64,000 nucleotides of DNA, from positions 1,650 to 65,649 of the forward strand of contig JAQWQF010000011.1 in assembly GCA_029244935.1 (NCBI GenBank), in the 5' to 3' direction. This DNA comes from Methylophilaceae bacterium (lineage in GTDB: Bacteria > Pseudomonadota > Gammaproteobacteria > Burkholderiales > Methylophilaceae). Positions within the stretch are counted from its first letter, which is position 1. Every line of letters begins with the position of its first letter. The notes beneath the pieces are model-generated. The model saw only the letters and a program-made list of their open reading frames with translations. It had not been told where the DNA came from and did no database searches. Below are positions 18,787-28,720 of this stretch, piece after piece. The position numbers and the translations under genes are program-made.

Positions 18787-21597
18787 ATGGATTACCTTAA
18801 AATTAGAGGGGCTCGAACCCATAATTTAAAAAATATTTCCCTGGATTTACCGCGAAATAAATTAATAGTAATAACAGGATTATCAGGATCAGGGAAATCT
18901 TCTCTTGCATTTGATACTCTTTACGCCGAAGGCCAACGTCGTTATGTTGAGTCTTTATCAGCTTATGCCCGACAATTTCTTGACCGAATGAACAAGCCTG
19001 ATGTTGATCTAATCGAAGGACTTTCTCCTGCAATTTCGATTGAACAAAAAGCAACATCTCATAATCCTCGTTCAACAGTTGGTACTGTCACTGAAATTCA
19101 TGATTATCTAAGATTACTTTTTGCTAGAGCAGGTGATCCGTACTGCCCAGAACATAAAATTAAGCTTGAGGCACAAACAGTTTCACAGATGGTTGATCAA
19201 ATTTTGGCCTACCCAGCTGATACAAAACTAATGATTCTAGCTCCAGTTATTAATAACAGGAAAGGTAGTCATACTGATTTAATTGATGAATTGCGAGCTC
19301 AAGGATTTATTCGCATTCGAGTAGATGGAAAAATTTATGAAATTGATGATGCCCCTCTCTTAGAGAAAAATATCAAGCACCAACTAGATGTAGTAATTGA
19401 TCGCATTAAAATTCATCCCGATATTAAACAACGGCTAACAGAATCTGTTGAGTCAGGACTCAGAATTGCGAATGGAAAAATTATTGCCTTCAATATGGAT
19501 ACCGAAGAATCTCAATTGTTTTCTGCTAAATTTTCTTGTCCACACTGTGATTATGCTATTCCAGAACTAGAGCCTCGTTTGTTTTCATTTAATAACCCTA
19601 TGGGGGCTTGTCCAGAATGTGATGGCCTTGGAAATAAAAATTACTTTGATATAAAACGCGTAGTAGCGTTCCCGCAACTTTCACTTGCATCAGGTGCAAT
19701 CAAGGGCTGGGACAAACGAAATCAATTTTATTTTCAAATGCTAAGAAGTTTGGCGGATCACTTTAAATTTGATTTAGAATCTCCCTATGAGAACTTGCCA
19801 AAAAAAATACAAGAAGTCATATTACATGGAAGCAAGAATGAATCAGTTGAATTTAGTTATTTTAGTGAGCGAGGCACTGTATTCAAAAAAACACATCCTT
19901 TTGAAGGCATTATAAATAATTTCAAAAGAAGATACGAGGATACAGATTCGAATACTGTAAGAGACGAGCTATCAAAATATCTAAGTTTACAGTCATGTCC
20001 ATCATGCAATGGAACAAGGTTAAGAATTGAGGCAAGAAATGTGCTTATTTATGAACATAACCTTCATGAAATATGTGAATTTCCTCTTAGAAAAGCCCAT
20101 GATTTTTTCAATACTCTTTCACTACCTGGTTCTAAAGCAGAGGTTGCAAGTAAAATTGTTCAAGAAATTAAAAATAGAGTGCACTTTTTAATTAACGTGG
20201 GCCTTGATTATCTCTCTCTGTCACGTTCGGCTGATACTCTTTCTGGAGGAGAAGCACAAAGAATTCGCTTAGCTTCGCAAATCGGAAGTGGACTTACAGG
20301 TGTTATGTATGTTTTAGATGAACCCTCTATTGGCTTGCATCAAAAAGATAATGATCGCCTCCTCGAAACATTGAAGAATCTTCGTGACCTAGGAAATACA
20401 GTAATAGTTGTTGAGCATGATTTTGATGCCATTATGAATGCTAATTATGTAGTTGATATAGGGCCAGGAGCAGGTATTCATGGTGGGCAAATTATTGCGG
20501 AAGGGACCCCAAAAGAAGTAGCGAATAATGAAAAATCTCTCACAGGACAATACCTTAGTGGAAAGAAAAAAATTCTTGTGCCAAAAAAACGTCACATTCC
20601 TGGAAAGGATTTCTTCAAGATTCTTAATGCCACAGGAAATAATCTAAAAGGAGTTAATTTAAATTTACCAATTGGTTTATTTACTTGTGTTACTGGAGTG
20701 TCTGGTAGCGGTAAATCTACATTAATAAATAACACCTTATACAATGCAATTGCCAAACACTTATACCGAAGTAATTTAGATGCTGCGCCCCATGGAAGTA
20801 TGGAGGGCCTAGATTTCTTTGATAAAGTTGTTGATGTAAATCAAAGTCCCATTGGCAGAACTCCTAGATCAAACCCTGCAACCTATACTGGATTATTTAC
20901 ACCTATTAGAGATCTATTTGCAAAGACGCAAGAGAGCCGGACTAGGGGTTATGGACCTGGGCGCTTTTCATTCAATGTAAAGGGAGGCAGATGTGAGGCA
21001 TGCGAAGGTGATGGAGTCATTCGAGTTGAAATGCACTTTTTACCAGACGTTTATGTGGAATGTGATGTCTGTTTTAGTCATCGATACAATCGAGAGACTT
21101 TAGACATTAAATATAAAGGTAAAAATATCCATGAAATCTTATGTTTTACAGTTGAGCAAGCATATGATTTTTTTGAATCAATACCCACAATCGCAAGAAA
21201 GCTAAAAACATTACTCGACGTTGGCCTAGGTTATATTAAGCTTGGACAAAATGCGACTACGTTATCTGGAGGAGAGGCTCAACGAGTCAAGTTAGCTCTA
21301 GAACTTTCAAAACGTGACACCGGTAAAACCCTTTATATACTTGACGAACCAACTACAGGACTTCATTTTTCTGATATTCAATTATTGCTTGATGTATTGC
21401 ATAAATTGCGAGATGATGGAAACACATTGGTCGTAATTGAACATAATTTAGATGTTATCAAAACAGCAGATTGGGTTATTGATCTTGGCCCTAACGGTGG
21501 AGAAGGTGGGGGTGAAATCATTGCTGAAGGTCCTCCAGAAAAAATTTGTAAAAATTCATTAAGTTATACCGGAAAATATCTAAAGGAATTTATTTAA
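18787..21597 (+). CDS. uvrA: Excinuclease ABC subunit UvrA
   Basis: 936 aa with two ABC ATPase modules ([26 protein letters not shown], two LSGGEAQR signatures) and zinc modules (CPHC...[12 protein letters not shown]). Confidence 0.98.
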   Translation: MDYLKIRGARTHNLKNISLDLPRNKLIVITGLSGSGKSSLAFDTLYAEGQRRYVESLSAYARQFLDRMNKPDVDLIEGLSPAISIEQKATSHNPRSTVGTVTEIHDYLRLLFARAGDPYCPEHKIKLEAQTVSQMVDQILAYPADTKLMILAPVINNRKGSHTDLIDELRAQGFIRIRVDGKIYEIDDAPLLEKNIKHQLDVVIDRIKIHPDIKQRLTESVESGLRIANGKIIAFNMDTEESQLFSAKFSCPHCDYAIPELEPRLFSFNNPMGACPECDGLGNKNYFDIKRVVAFPQLSLASGAIKGWDKRNQFYFQMLRSLADHFKFDLESPYENLPKKIQEVILHGSKNESVEFSYFSERGTVFKKTHPFEGIINNFKRRYEDTDSNTVRDELSKYLSLQSCPSCNGTRLRIEARNVLIYEHNLHEICEFPLRKAHDFFNTLSLPGSKAEVASKIVQEIKNRVHFLINVGLDYLSLSRSADTLSGGEAQRIRLASQIGSGLTGVMYVLDEPSIGLHQKDNDRLLETLKNLRDLGNTVIVVEHDFDAIMNANYVVDIGPGAGIHGGQIIAEGTPKEVANNEKSLTGQYLSGKKKILVPKKRHIPGKDFFKILNATGNNLKGVNLNLPIGLFTCVTGVSGSGKSTLINNTLYNAIAKHLYRSNLDAAPHGSMEGLDFFDKVVDVNQSPIGRTPRSNPATYTGLFTPIRDLFAKTQESRTRGYGPGRFSFNVKGGRCEACEGDGVIRVEMHFLPDVYVECDVCFSHRYNRETLDIKYKGKNIHEILCFTVEQAYDFFESIPTIARKLKTLLDVGLGYIKLGQNATTLSGGEAQRVKLALELSKRDTGKTLYILDEPTTGLHFSDIQLLLDVLHKLRDDGNTLVVIEHNLDVIKTADWVIDLGPNGGEGGGEIIAEGPPEKICKNSLSYTGKYLKEFI

Positions 21598-21605
21598 TTT
21601 AAAAA

Positions 21606-23519
21606 ATGGATAAATCAAACGAAATCTTTGAATCTGCAGTCGAATATCATAAAAAAAATGACCTTACAAAAGCAGAGAAAAAATACAGGGAGTTCCTAAA
21701 AGCTGACCCTAAAAATTCCCAATGTCTTTTTATACTTGGCACTTTACTTATTCAAAAAAAGCAATTTAAGGATGCAATTATTGAATTAAAAAAATCAACT
21801 GGAGAAGATTCTAAAAATTATCATTACTTTCAAAATCTTGGTATTGCATATTTCGAAGATAGACAGTTTAATAATGCAATTGATGCTTATAAGGAAAGCA
21901 TAACCCTAAATAATAAAAATGCTGACGCCTACAATAACTTAGGAAACTCTTTATTCGAAACAAAAAAATATGATGAAGCAATACAATCTTATACTCTGGC
22001 AATAAAATTATGGCCAAATAAGCAGTTTATTTTTAACCGTGCAAGATCTTATAAAGCGGGTAACCAGTATAAGAATGCTCTAGCAGATTTACATGAAATT
22101 GAGAAGTCCTCGCCTCTTTTTCGACAAGCCGAAGATATGATGGCTTCATTATATGACACACTTAATCAACCAAATTTATCTATTCCAATATATGAATCAA
22201 GGATAAAAAATTATGAAGCTAATGACGCAGTTTATAGAAAAAAGGTAAAAAAAGAGAACTTATACTTATTACTAATTGGAGCTTTTAATAAAAAAGATGC
22301 TAAGGATAAAGCAAAAAAAACATTAGCTGCTTTAACAAAAGAATTTCCTGAGTCTATCAATGTTAAAAGAGCTATTGCACATGAGGCCTATAATGAAAGA
22401 CGTTATGAAGATGCAATAAAATCATACAAGGACGTCATTAAAATGAAGCCAAATTCTGCATCAGCACTTCAGAATTTAGCTATTTCCTACCAAAATACTG
22501 GTAACTTTGAGCTACATGAACTCTATCTTAAAAAAGCTATAGATGCAGATAAAATGCATACTCAGGCTAATATTAGTATGGGAATAATGCTCCTTAAAGA
22601 AAAAAAATTTCGTGAAGCCTGGCCACATTATGAACATAGACTCCTAGCATCACAGTTTCGATCCCATAAATTAGCTTACATATTTTACAATTCGAAACTA
22701 CCAAAGTGGGACGGAAGAAATGATACGAGCAGCGTCTTATTTTATGGGGAGCAAGGAATTGGAGATCAAATATGTCTCGCTAAGTTAATAACCAAACTTA
22801 AAGGCTATAAGAACCAATTCACTTTTGCAGTTGAAAATCGCTTGCTGCCACTTTTTAAAAGATCATTTCCTGAGCCAAACTTTAATTTTGTTGCGCATGA
22901 CATAAATATCGAAGCTTTCTTTGATTTTCAAGCAGCTATCTTTAGATTAGGATTCTTATTTGTCAATGAGGAAAAAGATATTGCATCACCTGATAAATAC
23001 CTTTTGGCTAAAAATATTAATGCCAAGAAAAAGTCAAAAACTAGGATTGGTATTTCATGGTTTAGTCAAAATAAAACTATGGGTCATTTAAAAAATATAG
23101 AACTTACTGACCTTATTAGTGCTACAGGTACTAATAAAGACTTTGAATATATAAATCTTCAATATGGCGACCATGAAGAGGAAATTTCTACAGCTGAGAA
23201 GAACAATAATATTCAAATTGAACGATACAATGAACTAGATAAATTTAATGACATAGATGGATTATTTAGCCTAGTCGACAGTTGCGACGTGATAATTACT
23301 ATAAGTAATGTAACAGCTCATATTGCGGGATCACTAGGTAAGAAAACATATTTACTTCTAGCTAAGGGCCGAGGTTGGTTTTGGTATTGGATGAGATATA
23401 AGAACTCAAATACTAGTTTATGGTATCCATCAGTTGAAATAATTCAGTCTGATAATGTGAGTTCGCTTAATCCGTGTCTTGAAGTATTAAAAACTAAATT
23501 GAAGGATACTTCCTCTTAG
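21606..23519 (+). CDS. TPR-repeat protein with a C-terminal glycosyltransferase-like (GT9/heptosyltransferase-like fold) domain; function unknown
   Basis: 637 aa. The N-terminal ~330 aa are TPR units (for example AIDAYKESITLNNKNADAYNNLGNSLFETKKYDEAIQSYTLAIKLWPN). The C-terminal ~300 aa has WPHYEHRL...PKWDG...LFYGEQGIGDQICLAKLI, RIGISWFS and VDSCDVIITISNVTAHIAGSLGKKTYLLL. From memory this matches a widespread family of uncharacterised TPR proteins with a GT9-like domain. Confidence 0.6.
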   Translation: MDKSNEIFESAVEYHKKNDLTKAEKKYREFLKADPKNSQCLFILGTLLIQKKQFKDAIIELKKSTGEDSKNYHYFQNLGIAYFEDRQFNNAIDAYKESITLNNKNADAYNNLGNSLFETKKYDEAIQSYTLAIKLWPNKQFIFNRARSYKAGNQYKNALADLHEIEKSSPLFRQAEDMMASLYDTLNQPNLSIPIYESRIKNYEANDAVYRKKVKKENLYLLLIGAFNKKDAKDKAKKTLAALTKEFPESINVKRAIAHEAYNERRYEDAIKSYKDVIKMKPNSASALQNLAISYQNTGNFELHELYLKKAIDADKMHTQANISMGIMLLKEKKFREAWPHYEHRLLASQFRSHKLAYIFYNSKLPKWDGRNDTSSVLFYGEQGIGDQICLAKLITKLKGYKNQFTFAVENRLLPLFKRSFPEPNFNFVAHDINIEAFFDFQAAIFRLGFLFVNEEKDIASPDKYLLAKNINAKKKSKTRIGISWFSQNKTMGHLKNIELTDLISATGTNKDFEYINLQYGDHEEEISTAEKNNNIQIERYNELDKFNDIDGLFSLVDSCDVIITISNVTAHIAGSLGKKTYLLLAKGRGWFWYWMRYKNSNTSLWYPSVEIIQSDNVSSLNPCLEVLKTKLKDTSS

Positions 23520-23532
23520 ATTTAATTAGAGC

Positions 23533-24372
23533 TTAAATTAGTTTTAATAGTTTTAGTTCGCTCTTAATCTTATTCGTTTCAGGCTTCTCCTTATGCCAAA
23601 TATGGAAACTTTCTGCAGCCTGTTCAATTAGCATGCCCAGACCATCAAATACTGTTGCATTCAACTTAATTGCTTGCTTCATAAAAGGGGTTTCCATACC
23701 GTAGGTCATGTCATAACAATATGTTTTCTTATTAACCAATATATCTTCGATAGGGGATATATTGCTAGAAAATCCTGCTGAGGTTGCATTTATTATGACA
23801 TCGTAATTGGATGAATCTACTCCGTGATTTCCAGAGATGTTTAATGATACAGAATTTTTTTCTGCAAAATTCTTCCAATGGGCTTCCATTACCATCGACT
23901 TCTCAATAGTTCGATTAGTAAGATGAAGTTCAGAAGGCGAACATTCAATTAAATCTGCTATAACTGCATTAGCTGCTCCACCTGCACCTACTAAGAGGAT
24001 TCTAGCTTGATTAAGATTTATACCTTTTTTTGTCAAATCTCGAATCAATCCAATACCGTCAGTTGTATCACCATGAAATTGATTGTCCTTAATACTAATC
24101 GTATTGACTGATTCACAGAGTTTAGATTTCTCTGATAATTCCTGACACAACAAGTAGGCATCATGCTTTAATGGAAGTGTGACATTTAAACCTGAATATT
24201 TTTTACTTTTAAACTTATCCAATCTATTTAATAACGTTTCTCGATTGACTTCCACTTTTTCATAATCTATTAGTAATTCAAATTGTTTTGCAAATAACAG
24301 ATGAATATGTGGAGATAAAGAATGTTTAATTGGTTGGCCAATTACAGCAAAATGTTTAGATATTAAAGTCAT
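23533..24372 (-). CDS. aroE: Shikimate dehydrogenase
   Basis: 279 aa with FAVIGQPIKHSLSPHIH, NVTLPLK, NTI...GDTTDG and the NADP loop VGAGGAANAV. Confidence 0.93.
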   Translation of the reverse strand: MTLISKHFAVIGQPIKHSLSPHIHLLFAKQFELLIDYEKVEVNRETLLNRLDKFKSKKYSGLNVTLPLKHDAYLLCQELSEKSKLCESVNTISIKDNQFHGDTTDGIGLIRDLTKKGINLNQARILLVGAGGAANAVIADLIECSPSELHLTNRTIEKSMVMEAHWKNFAEKNSVSLNISGNHGVDSSNYDVIINATSAGFSSNISPIEDILVNKKTYCYDMTYGMETPFMKQAIKLNATVFDGLGMLIEQAAESFHIWHKEKPETNKIKSELKLLKLI

Positions 24373-24416
24373 TCTTTAATTATAAAGCCATAATAAAAAA
24401 CAGGGCTCAAATATAA

Positions 24417-24433
24417 AGCACTAAAATAGTGCA
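24417..24433 (+). promoter_or_regulatory. NtrC (enhancer) binding site 1 upstream of glnA
   Basis: AGCACTAAAATAGTGCA contains the palindrome GCACTA-AAA-TAGTGC. It closely resembles the enteric NtrC consensus TGCACTAnnnTGGTGCA. It lies about 100 bp upstream of the sigma-54 element. Confidence 0.7.
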
Positions 24434-24448
24434 TATATCTAAATTATA

Positions 24449-24465
24449 TGCTCTAATATAGTGCA
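24449..24465 (+). promoter_or_regulatory. NtrC binding site 2 upstream of glnA
   Basis: TGCTCTAATATAGTGCA is a 17-mer with the same right half (ATAGTGCA) as site 1. The two sites are 32 bp apart centre to centre. Confidence 0.55.
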
Positions 24466-24524
24466 TATATACTAAAATTACTGTATTTTGAGTTAAAAAT
24501 CATGTATTTTAGGGTCTAAATAAT

Positions 24525-24540
24525 TGGCACAGTTTATGCT
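24525..24540 (+). promoter_or_regulatory. Sigma-54 (-24/-12) promoter of glnA
   Basis: TGGCACAGTTTATGCT matches TGGCAC-N5-TTGC, with GG and GC in the canonical 10-nt spacing. It is about 47 nt upstream of the glnA ATG, which is preceded by GGGAG. Confidence 0.75.
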
Positions 24541-24586
24541 TATTAAATTAAGGTATATATATTAAACATTTTCCAGGGAGTGAAGT

Positions 24587-25996
24587 ATGTCGGTAGCTGA
24601 TGTAATGAAAAAGATTAAGAGCAACAACATTAAATTTGTTGACTTACGATTCACAGATACTAAAGGTAAAGAGCAACATGTAACAGTTCCAGTATCTGCT
24701 TTTGATAAGAGTAAATTTACTGATGGGCACGCATTTGACGGATCATCGGTTGCTGGATGGAAGGGAATTAATGCATCAGATATGTTGCTATTTCCAGACC
24801 CTAAGACTGCCAATGTTGATCCATTTATGGAAGAGCCAACTCTCTTACTAACCTGTAATGTTGTCGATCCCACAGATGGAAAAGGTTACGATCGTGATCC
24901 TCGCACAATTGCAGATCGCGCAGAAAAATACTTAAAGAAAACAGGTATTGGAGATACTATATACTTTGGTCCAGAACCTGAATTTTTTGTTTTTGACTCT
25001 ATAACCTGGGACTCAAATATGAGTGGCTCTTCAGTAAAAATAAGCTCTGAAGAAGCATCGTGGGATTCAAATACTGAACATGACGGCGGCAATGTTGGTC
25101 ATCGGCCAGCAGTCAAAGGTGGTTATTTTCCTGTACCACCAGTAGATTCCTTACAAGATCTTCGCTCTGCGATGTGCCTAACTCTTGAGGAAATGGGAGT
25201 TCCTGTAGAGGTGCATCATCACGAAGTTGCTGGTTCTGGACAAAACGAAATCGGCACAAAATTTTCTTCTCTAACTCAAAGAGCTGATTGGACACAAATT
25301 TTAAAATATGTGGTCATGAATACTGCTCATAATTTTGGAAAAACAGCTACATTTATGCCGAAGCCTGTACTTAACGATAATGGTTCTGGGATGCATGTTC
25401 ACCAATCAATCTGGAAGGGTGGCAAAAATTTATTTGCGGGTAAGAAATATGCGGGGTTAAGTGATATGGCTCTTTATTATATTGGGGGCATCATTAAACA
25501 TGGTAAAGCGCTAAATGCTCTTACCAATCCGTCAACTAATTCCTATAAACGACTAGTCCCAGGATTTGAAGCTCCGGTGATGTTAGCCTATTCAGCAAAA
25601 AATAGATCCGCTGCAATTAGAATTCCATTTGTAAGCTCTGACAAGGCTCGACGGATCGAAGTTCGCTTCCCTGACCCTACTGCAAATCCTTACCTAGCTT
25701 TTAGTGCACTAATGATGGCAGGTCTTGATGGTATTCAAAATAAAATTCATCCAGGTGAGGCAGCAGTAAAAGATCTGTATGATTTATCAGCTAAAGAGGA
25801 AGCAAAAATACCTCAAGTTGCAGCTACCTTCCCAGAGGCTCTTGATGCACTAAAGGTTGATCGAAAATTTCTAACGGCTGGTGGAGTTTTTAGTGATGAT
25901 TTTTTAGACAGCTTTATTGACCTTAAAATGGAAGAAGTTACTAGATTAAGAATGACTCCTCATCCAGTTGAATTCGATATGTATTATAGCCTATAA
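24587..25996 (+). CDS. glnA: Glutamine synthetase type I
   Basis: 469 aa with [41 protein letters not shown] and an adenylylation-loop Tyr (KDLYDLS). Confidence 0.98.
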   Translation: MSVADVMKKIKSNNIKFVDLRFTDTKGKEQHVTVPVSAFDKSKFTDGHAFDGSSVAGWKGINASDMLLFPDPKTANVDPFMEEPTLLLTCNVVDPTDGKGYDRDPRTIADRAEKYLKKTGIGDTIYFGPEPEFFVFDSITWDSNMSGSSVKISSEEASWDSNTEHDGGNVGHRPAVKGGYFPVPPVDSLQDLRSAMCLTLEEMGVPVEVHHHEVAGSGQNEIGTKFSSLTQRADWTQILKYVVMNTAHNFGKTATFMPKPVLNDNGSGMHVHQSIWKGGKNLFAGKKYAGLSDMALYYIGGIIKHGKALNALTNPSTNSYKRLVPGFEAPVMLAYSAKNRSAAIRIPFVSSDKARRIEVRFPDPTANPYLAFSALMMAGLDGIQNKIHPGEAAVKDLYDLSAKEEAKIPQVAATFPEALDALKVDRKFLTAGGVFSDDFLDSFIDLKMEEVTRLRMTPHPVEFDMYYSL

Positions 25997-26008
25997 GAAT
26001 TTTTGTGA

Positions 26009-26038
26009 AGGGTGGGTATTTAAACTCACCCTTTTTTT
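26009..26038 (+). terminator. Rho-independent terminator after glnA
   Basis: AGGGTGGG, loop TATTTAAA, CTCACCCT (8-bp stem with one G-T pair), followed by TTTTTT. It begins 13 nt after the glnA stop. Confidence 0.8.
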
Positions 26039-26052
26039 ACTTAAAAAAAAAT

Positions 26053-26069
26053 TGCACAATAATAGTGCA
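26053..26069 (+). promoter_or_regulatory. NtrC binding site upstream of ntrB-ntrC
   Basis: TGCACAATAATAGTGCA has the ends TGCAC...GTGCA and the same right half as the glnA sites. It lies about 70 bp upstream of a second sigma-54 element. Confidence 0.65.
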
Positions 26070-26133
26070 TAGTTTAATACTAAGTTAGGGGAAATATCCT
26101 CAATATATAGGCCTTACATTGAAAAATTAAAGT

Positions 26134-26149
26134 TGGCATAAATTTTGCT
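26134..26149 (+). promoter_or_regulatory. Sigma-54 (-24/-12) promoter of ntrB-ntrC
   Basis: TGGCATAAATTTTGCT has GG-N10-GC spacing identical to the consensus TGGCAC-N5-TTGC. Confidence 0.7.
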
Positions 26150-26161
26150 TCAATAATAATT

Positions 26162-27277
26162 GTGAGAATAGAAAAAATGACACCACCGTTAATTAATAAA
26201 AATTATCAAGGGCTAGAGCAATTAGCGACAGCTGCAATTGTTTTTGATAAAAATTTAAAAATTATATATATGAATCCTAGTGCAGAGGTGCTTTTAGAAT
26301 TAAGTCATGGACAAGCCCATAATCAGAACATAGAAATTTTCTTTGAGGACCATAAATTTTTTAAGTTAGCATTGGATTCTGCTACAAAAAAACAAAGTAG
26401 CTATCGTGAAAATGAATACTTTATAAAATCCAAGCAAAATAAAACCATTTGTGTAACGCTCACTATAAGTCAACTAAATAAGGACCCAGGTGATTTTATT
26501 GTCGAATTAATTCAAATGGACCAGCATCTTCGGGTAGCAAAAGAGGAAAGGATGTTTATTCAACAGCAAGCAAATTCTGAATTATTAAGAAACCTAGCGC
26601 ATGAAATCAGGAATCCTTTAGGAGGATTAAGAGGTGCTGCACAATTATTAGAAAAAGAGTTAGGTGATCATTCGCTAGAGGAATATACGCAAATTATTAT
26701 TAAAGAAGCTGATCGCCTTCAAAACTTAATGAATAAGCTATTAACACCCCACCAACTTCCTGCTTACGAAGAAACTAATATACATGAAGTAATTGAGCGA
26801 GTTCGTAGCTTAATCCTATCGGAATTTGGCAAAGATATTACTTTTGTCCGAGATTATGATGTAAGTCTGCCAGAAATTATTGCAGACAGAGAGAAGCTAA
26901 TACAAGCTGTTTTAAATATTGCAAGAAATGCAATACAGTCGATGCAGAACGATAATACTCAAAATATGCAACTCAAACTAACAACTCGGTCAGAAAGGCA
27001 GATTGTCTTCCATAAGAAAAAGCATGCCACGGCCATTCGAATTGACATTGAAGATAATGGACCAGGCATACCTCTTAATATCCAAGATAAGATTTTTTAT
27101 CCACTAGTTTCTGGGAATGAACAAGGTTCCGGACTGGGTCTCCCTTTATCGCAAAATATTGTAACGCAGCACAAAGGAATGATTACCTTTATAAGTCAAA
27201 CCGGACATACAAAATTTTCAATCTTGCTCCCGATAAATAATGGGCTTAATGATTTAGAGGCTAATAATAATGAATAA
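26162..27277 (+). CDS. glnL: Nitrogen regulation sensor histidine kinase NtrB (GlnL)
   Basis: N-terminal PAS, H-box LAHEIRNPLGG, and N/G boxes (NIARNAIQS, DNGPGIP, GSGLGL). The track start is GTG at 26162. ATG at 26177 (MTPPLINK) is more likely, because the predicted sigma-54 transcription start falls near 26160. Confidence 0.93.
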   Translation: MRIEKMTPPLINKNYQGLEQLATAAIVFDKNLKIIYMNPSAEVLLELSHGQAHNQNIEIFFEDHKFFKLALDSATKKQSSYRENEYFIKSKQNKTICVTLTISQLNKDPGDFIVELIQMDQHLRVAKEERMFIQQQANSELLRNLAHEIRNPLGGLRGAAQLLEKELGDHSLEEYTQIIIKEADRLQNLMNKLLTPHQLPAYEETNIHEVIERVRSLILSEFGKDITFVRDYDVSLPEIIADREKLIQAVLNIARNAIQSMQNDNTQNMQLKLTTRSERQIVFHKKKHATAIRIDIEDNGPGIPLNIQDKIFYPLVSGNEQGSGLGLPLSQNIVTQHKGMITFISQTGHTKFSILLPINNGLNDLEANNNE

Positions 27278-28661
27278 TATTTGGGTTTTAGATGATGACA
27301 AATCAATACGCTGGGTATTTGAAAAGGCATTGGGCAAAGAAAATCTACCCTTTAAAACATTCTCAAATACCAATGAAGCCATCAATCAATTTAATCATGA
27401 AAAGCCCTCAGTGATTGTAAGCGATATCCGAATGCCCGGTGAGTCAGGCCTTACATTTCTTACTAAAGTTAAAACTAAGTTTCCTGAAATACCCATTATT
27501 ATAATGACTGCTTATTCAGATCTAGATACCGCGGTCTCAGCTTTTAAATCGGGAGCTTTTGAATACATCGCCAAACCTTTTGATATTGATAAGGTAATAG
27601 AAGTAATTCAACAGGCTACATCGGAGTCTTCCAAAGTTAAAGAAGTGGAAGATACTCCAGAGATATCTCCAGAAATTATTGGACAAGCTCCATCAATGCA
27701 AGAAGTATTTCGTTCAATTGGCCGGCTATCTCAATCAAGTGCAACAGTTTTATTAAATGGTGAGTCTGGTTCAGGTAAGGAATTAGTTGCAAAGGCTATC
27801 CACAAAAATAGTCAGCGTATGGATAAGCCTTTTATTGCTATCAATACTGCCGCCATTCCTAAAGATCTTCTCGAAGCCGAACTTTTTGGTCATGAGAAAG
27901 GGGCTTTTACAGGAGCAAGCGGATTAAGAAAGGGTAGATTTGAGCAGGCGAATGATGGTACATTATTTTTAGACGAAATTGGTGATATGCCAATGGAGCT
28001 CCAAACAAGGCTCTTAAGGGTCTTAAGTGAAGGTAAATTTTATAGAATTGGGGGGCAGAATTCAATTACTGTAAATGTTAGAGTTATTGCTGCTACCCAT
28101 CAGAATCTCGAATCTTACGTTAAGGAAAAAAGATTTAGAGAAGATTTATTTCATCGGCTAAATGTAATTCGAATCCAGGTGCCTCCATTACGAAATCGAA
28201 TAGATGATATTTCTATTTTGGCTCAGTTTTTTCTTAAAAACAGTGCAAAGCAACTTAATGTCGAGCCAAAAGTCTTATCGACCGAAGTTTTAGATTACTT
28301 TAAAAATTTACATTGGCAGGGTAACGTTAGGCAACTCGAAAATGTCTGCCATTGGCTAACAGTAATGTCTCCAGGTAAAACAGTAAATATTGGAGACCTT
28401 CCATCTGAACTCAAAAATGAACCTGTAAGTATTAATGACGATAGTATGTCGTGGGAACAAGCATTACAAAAAATTATCGTTAAGGAAATAATGGAAGACA
28501 CTCCTAATATCCACGAATTATTTATTGGGGTAACAGAGAAAATCCTTATTGAAGCAGCTCTTCTTAAATCTAAAGGTCGTAAGGCCGATGCTGCCAATAT
28601 TCTTGGGATTGGACGCAATACCATCACAAGAAAAATTCAAGAATTAAATATTAAAAAATAA
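27270..28661 (+). CDS. glnG: Nitrogen regulation response regulator NtrC (GlnG), sigma-54 activator
   Basis: 463 aa with a receiver domain (DD...SDIRMPG), an AAA+ domain with GESGSGKE and the sigma-54 contact loop GAFTGA, and a C-terminal Fis-type HTH. It overlaps ntrB by 8 nt. Confidence 0.96.
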   Translation: MNNIWVLDDDKSIRWVFEKALGKENLPFKTFSNTNEAINQFNHEKPSVIVSDIRMPGESGLTFLTKVKTKFPEIPIIIMTAYSDLDTAVSAFKSGAFEYIAKPFDIDKVIEVIQQATSESSKVKEVEDTPEISPEIIGQAPSMQEVFRSIGRLSQSSATVLLNGESGSGKELVAKAIHKNSQRMDKPFIAINTAAIPKDLLEAELFGHEKGAFTGASGLRKGRFEQANDGTLFLDEIGDMPMELQTRLLRVLSEGKFYRIGGQNSITVNVRVIAATHQNLESYVKEKRFREDLFHRLNVIRIQVPPLRNRIDDISILAQFFLKNSAKQLNVEPKVLSTEVLDYFKNLHWQGNVRQLENVCHWLTVMSPGKTVNIGDLPSELKNEPVSINDDSMSWEQALQKIIVKEIMEDTPNIHELFIGVTEKILIEAALLKSKGRKADAANILGIGRNTITRKIQELNIKK

Positions 28662-28664
28662 GAT

Positions 28665-28694
28665 AAAAAAAAGGCCCCCGAGGGAGCCTTTTTT
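28665..28694. terminator. Bidirectional intrinsic terminator between convergent ntrC and the porin gene
   Basis: AAAAAAAAGGCCCCCGAGGGAGCCTTTTTT is a GC-rich imperfect hairpin (AAGGC/GCCTT plus CCC/GGG). It is flanked by an A-run and a T-run, so it reads as a terminator on both strands. Confidence 0.75.
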
Positions 28695-28720
28695 AAATCA
28701 CGTTCTTTTAGAATTAAATT

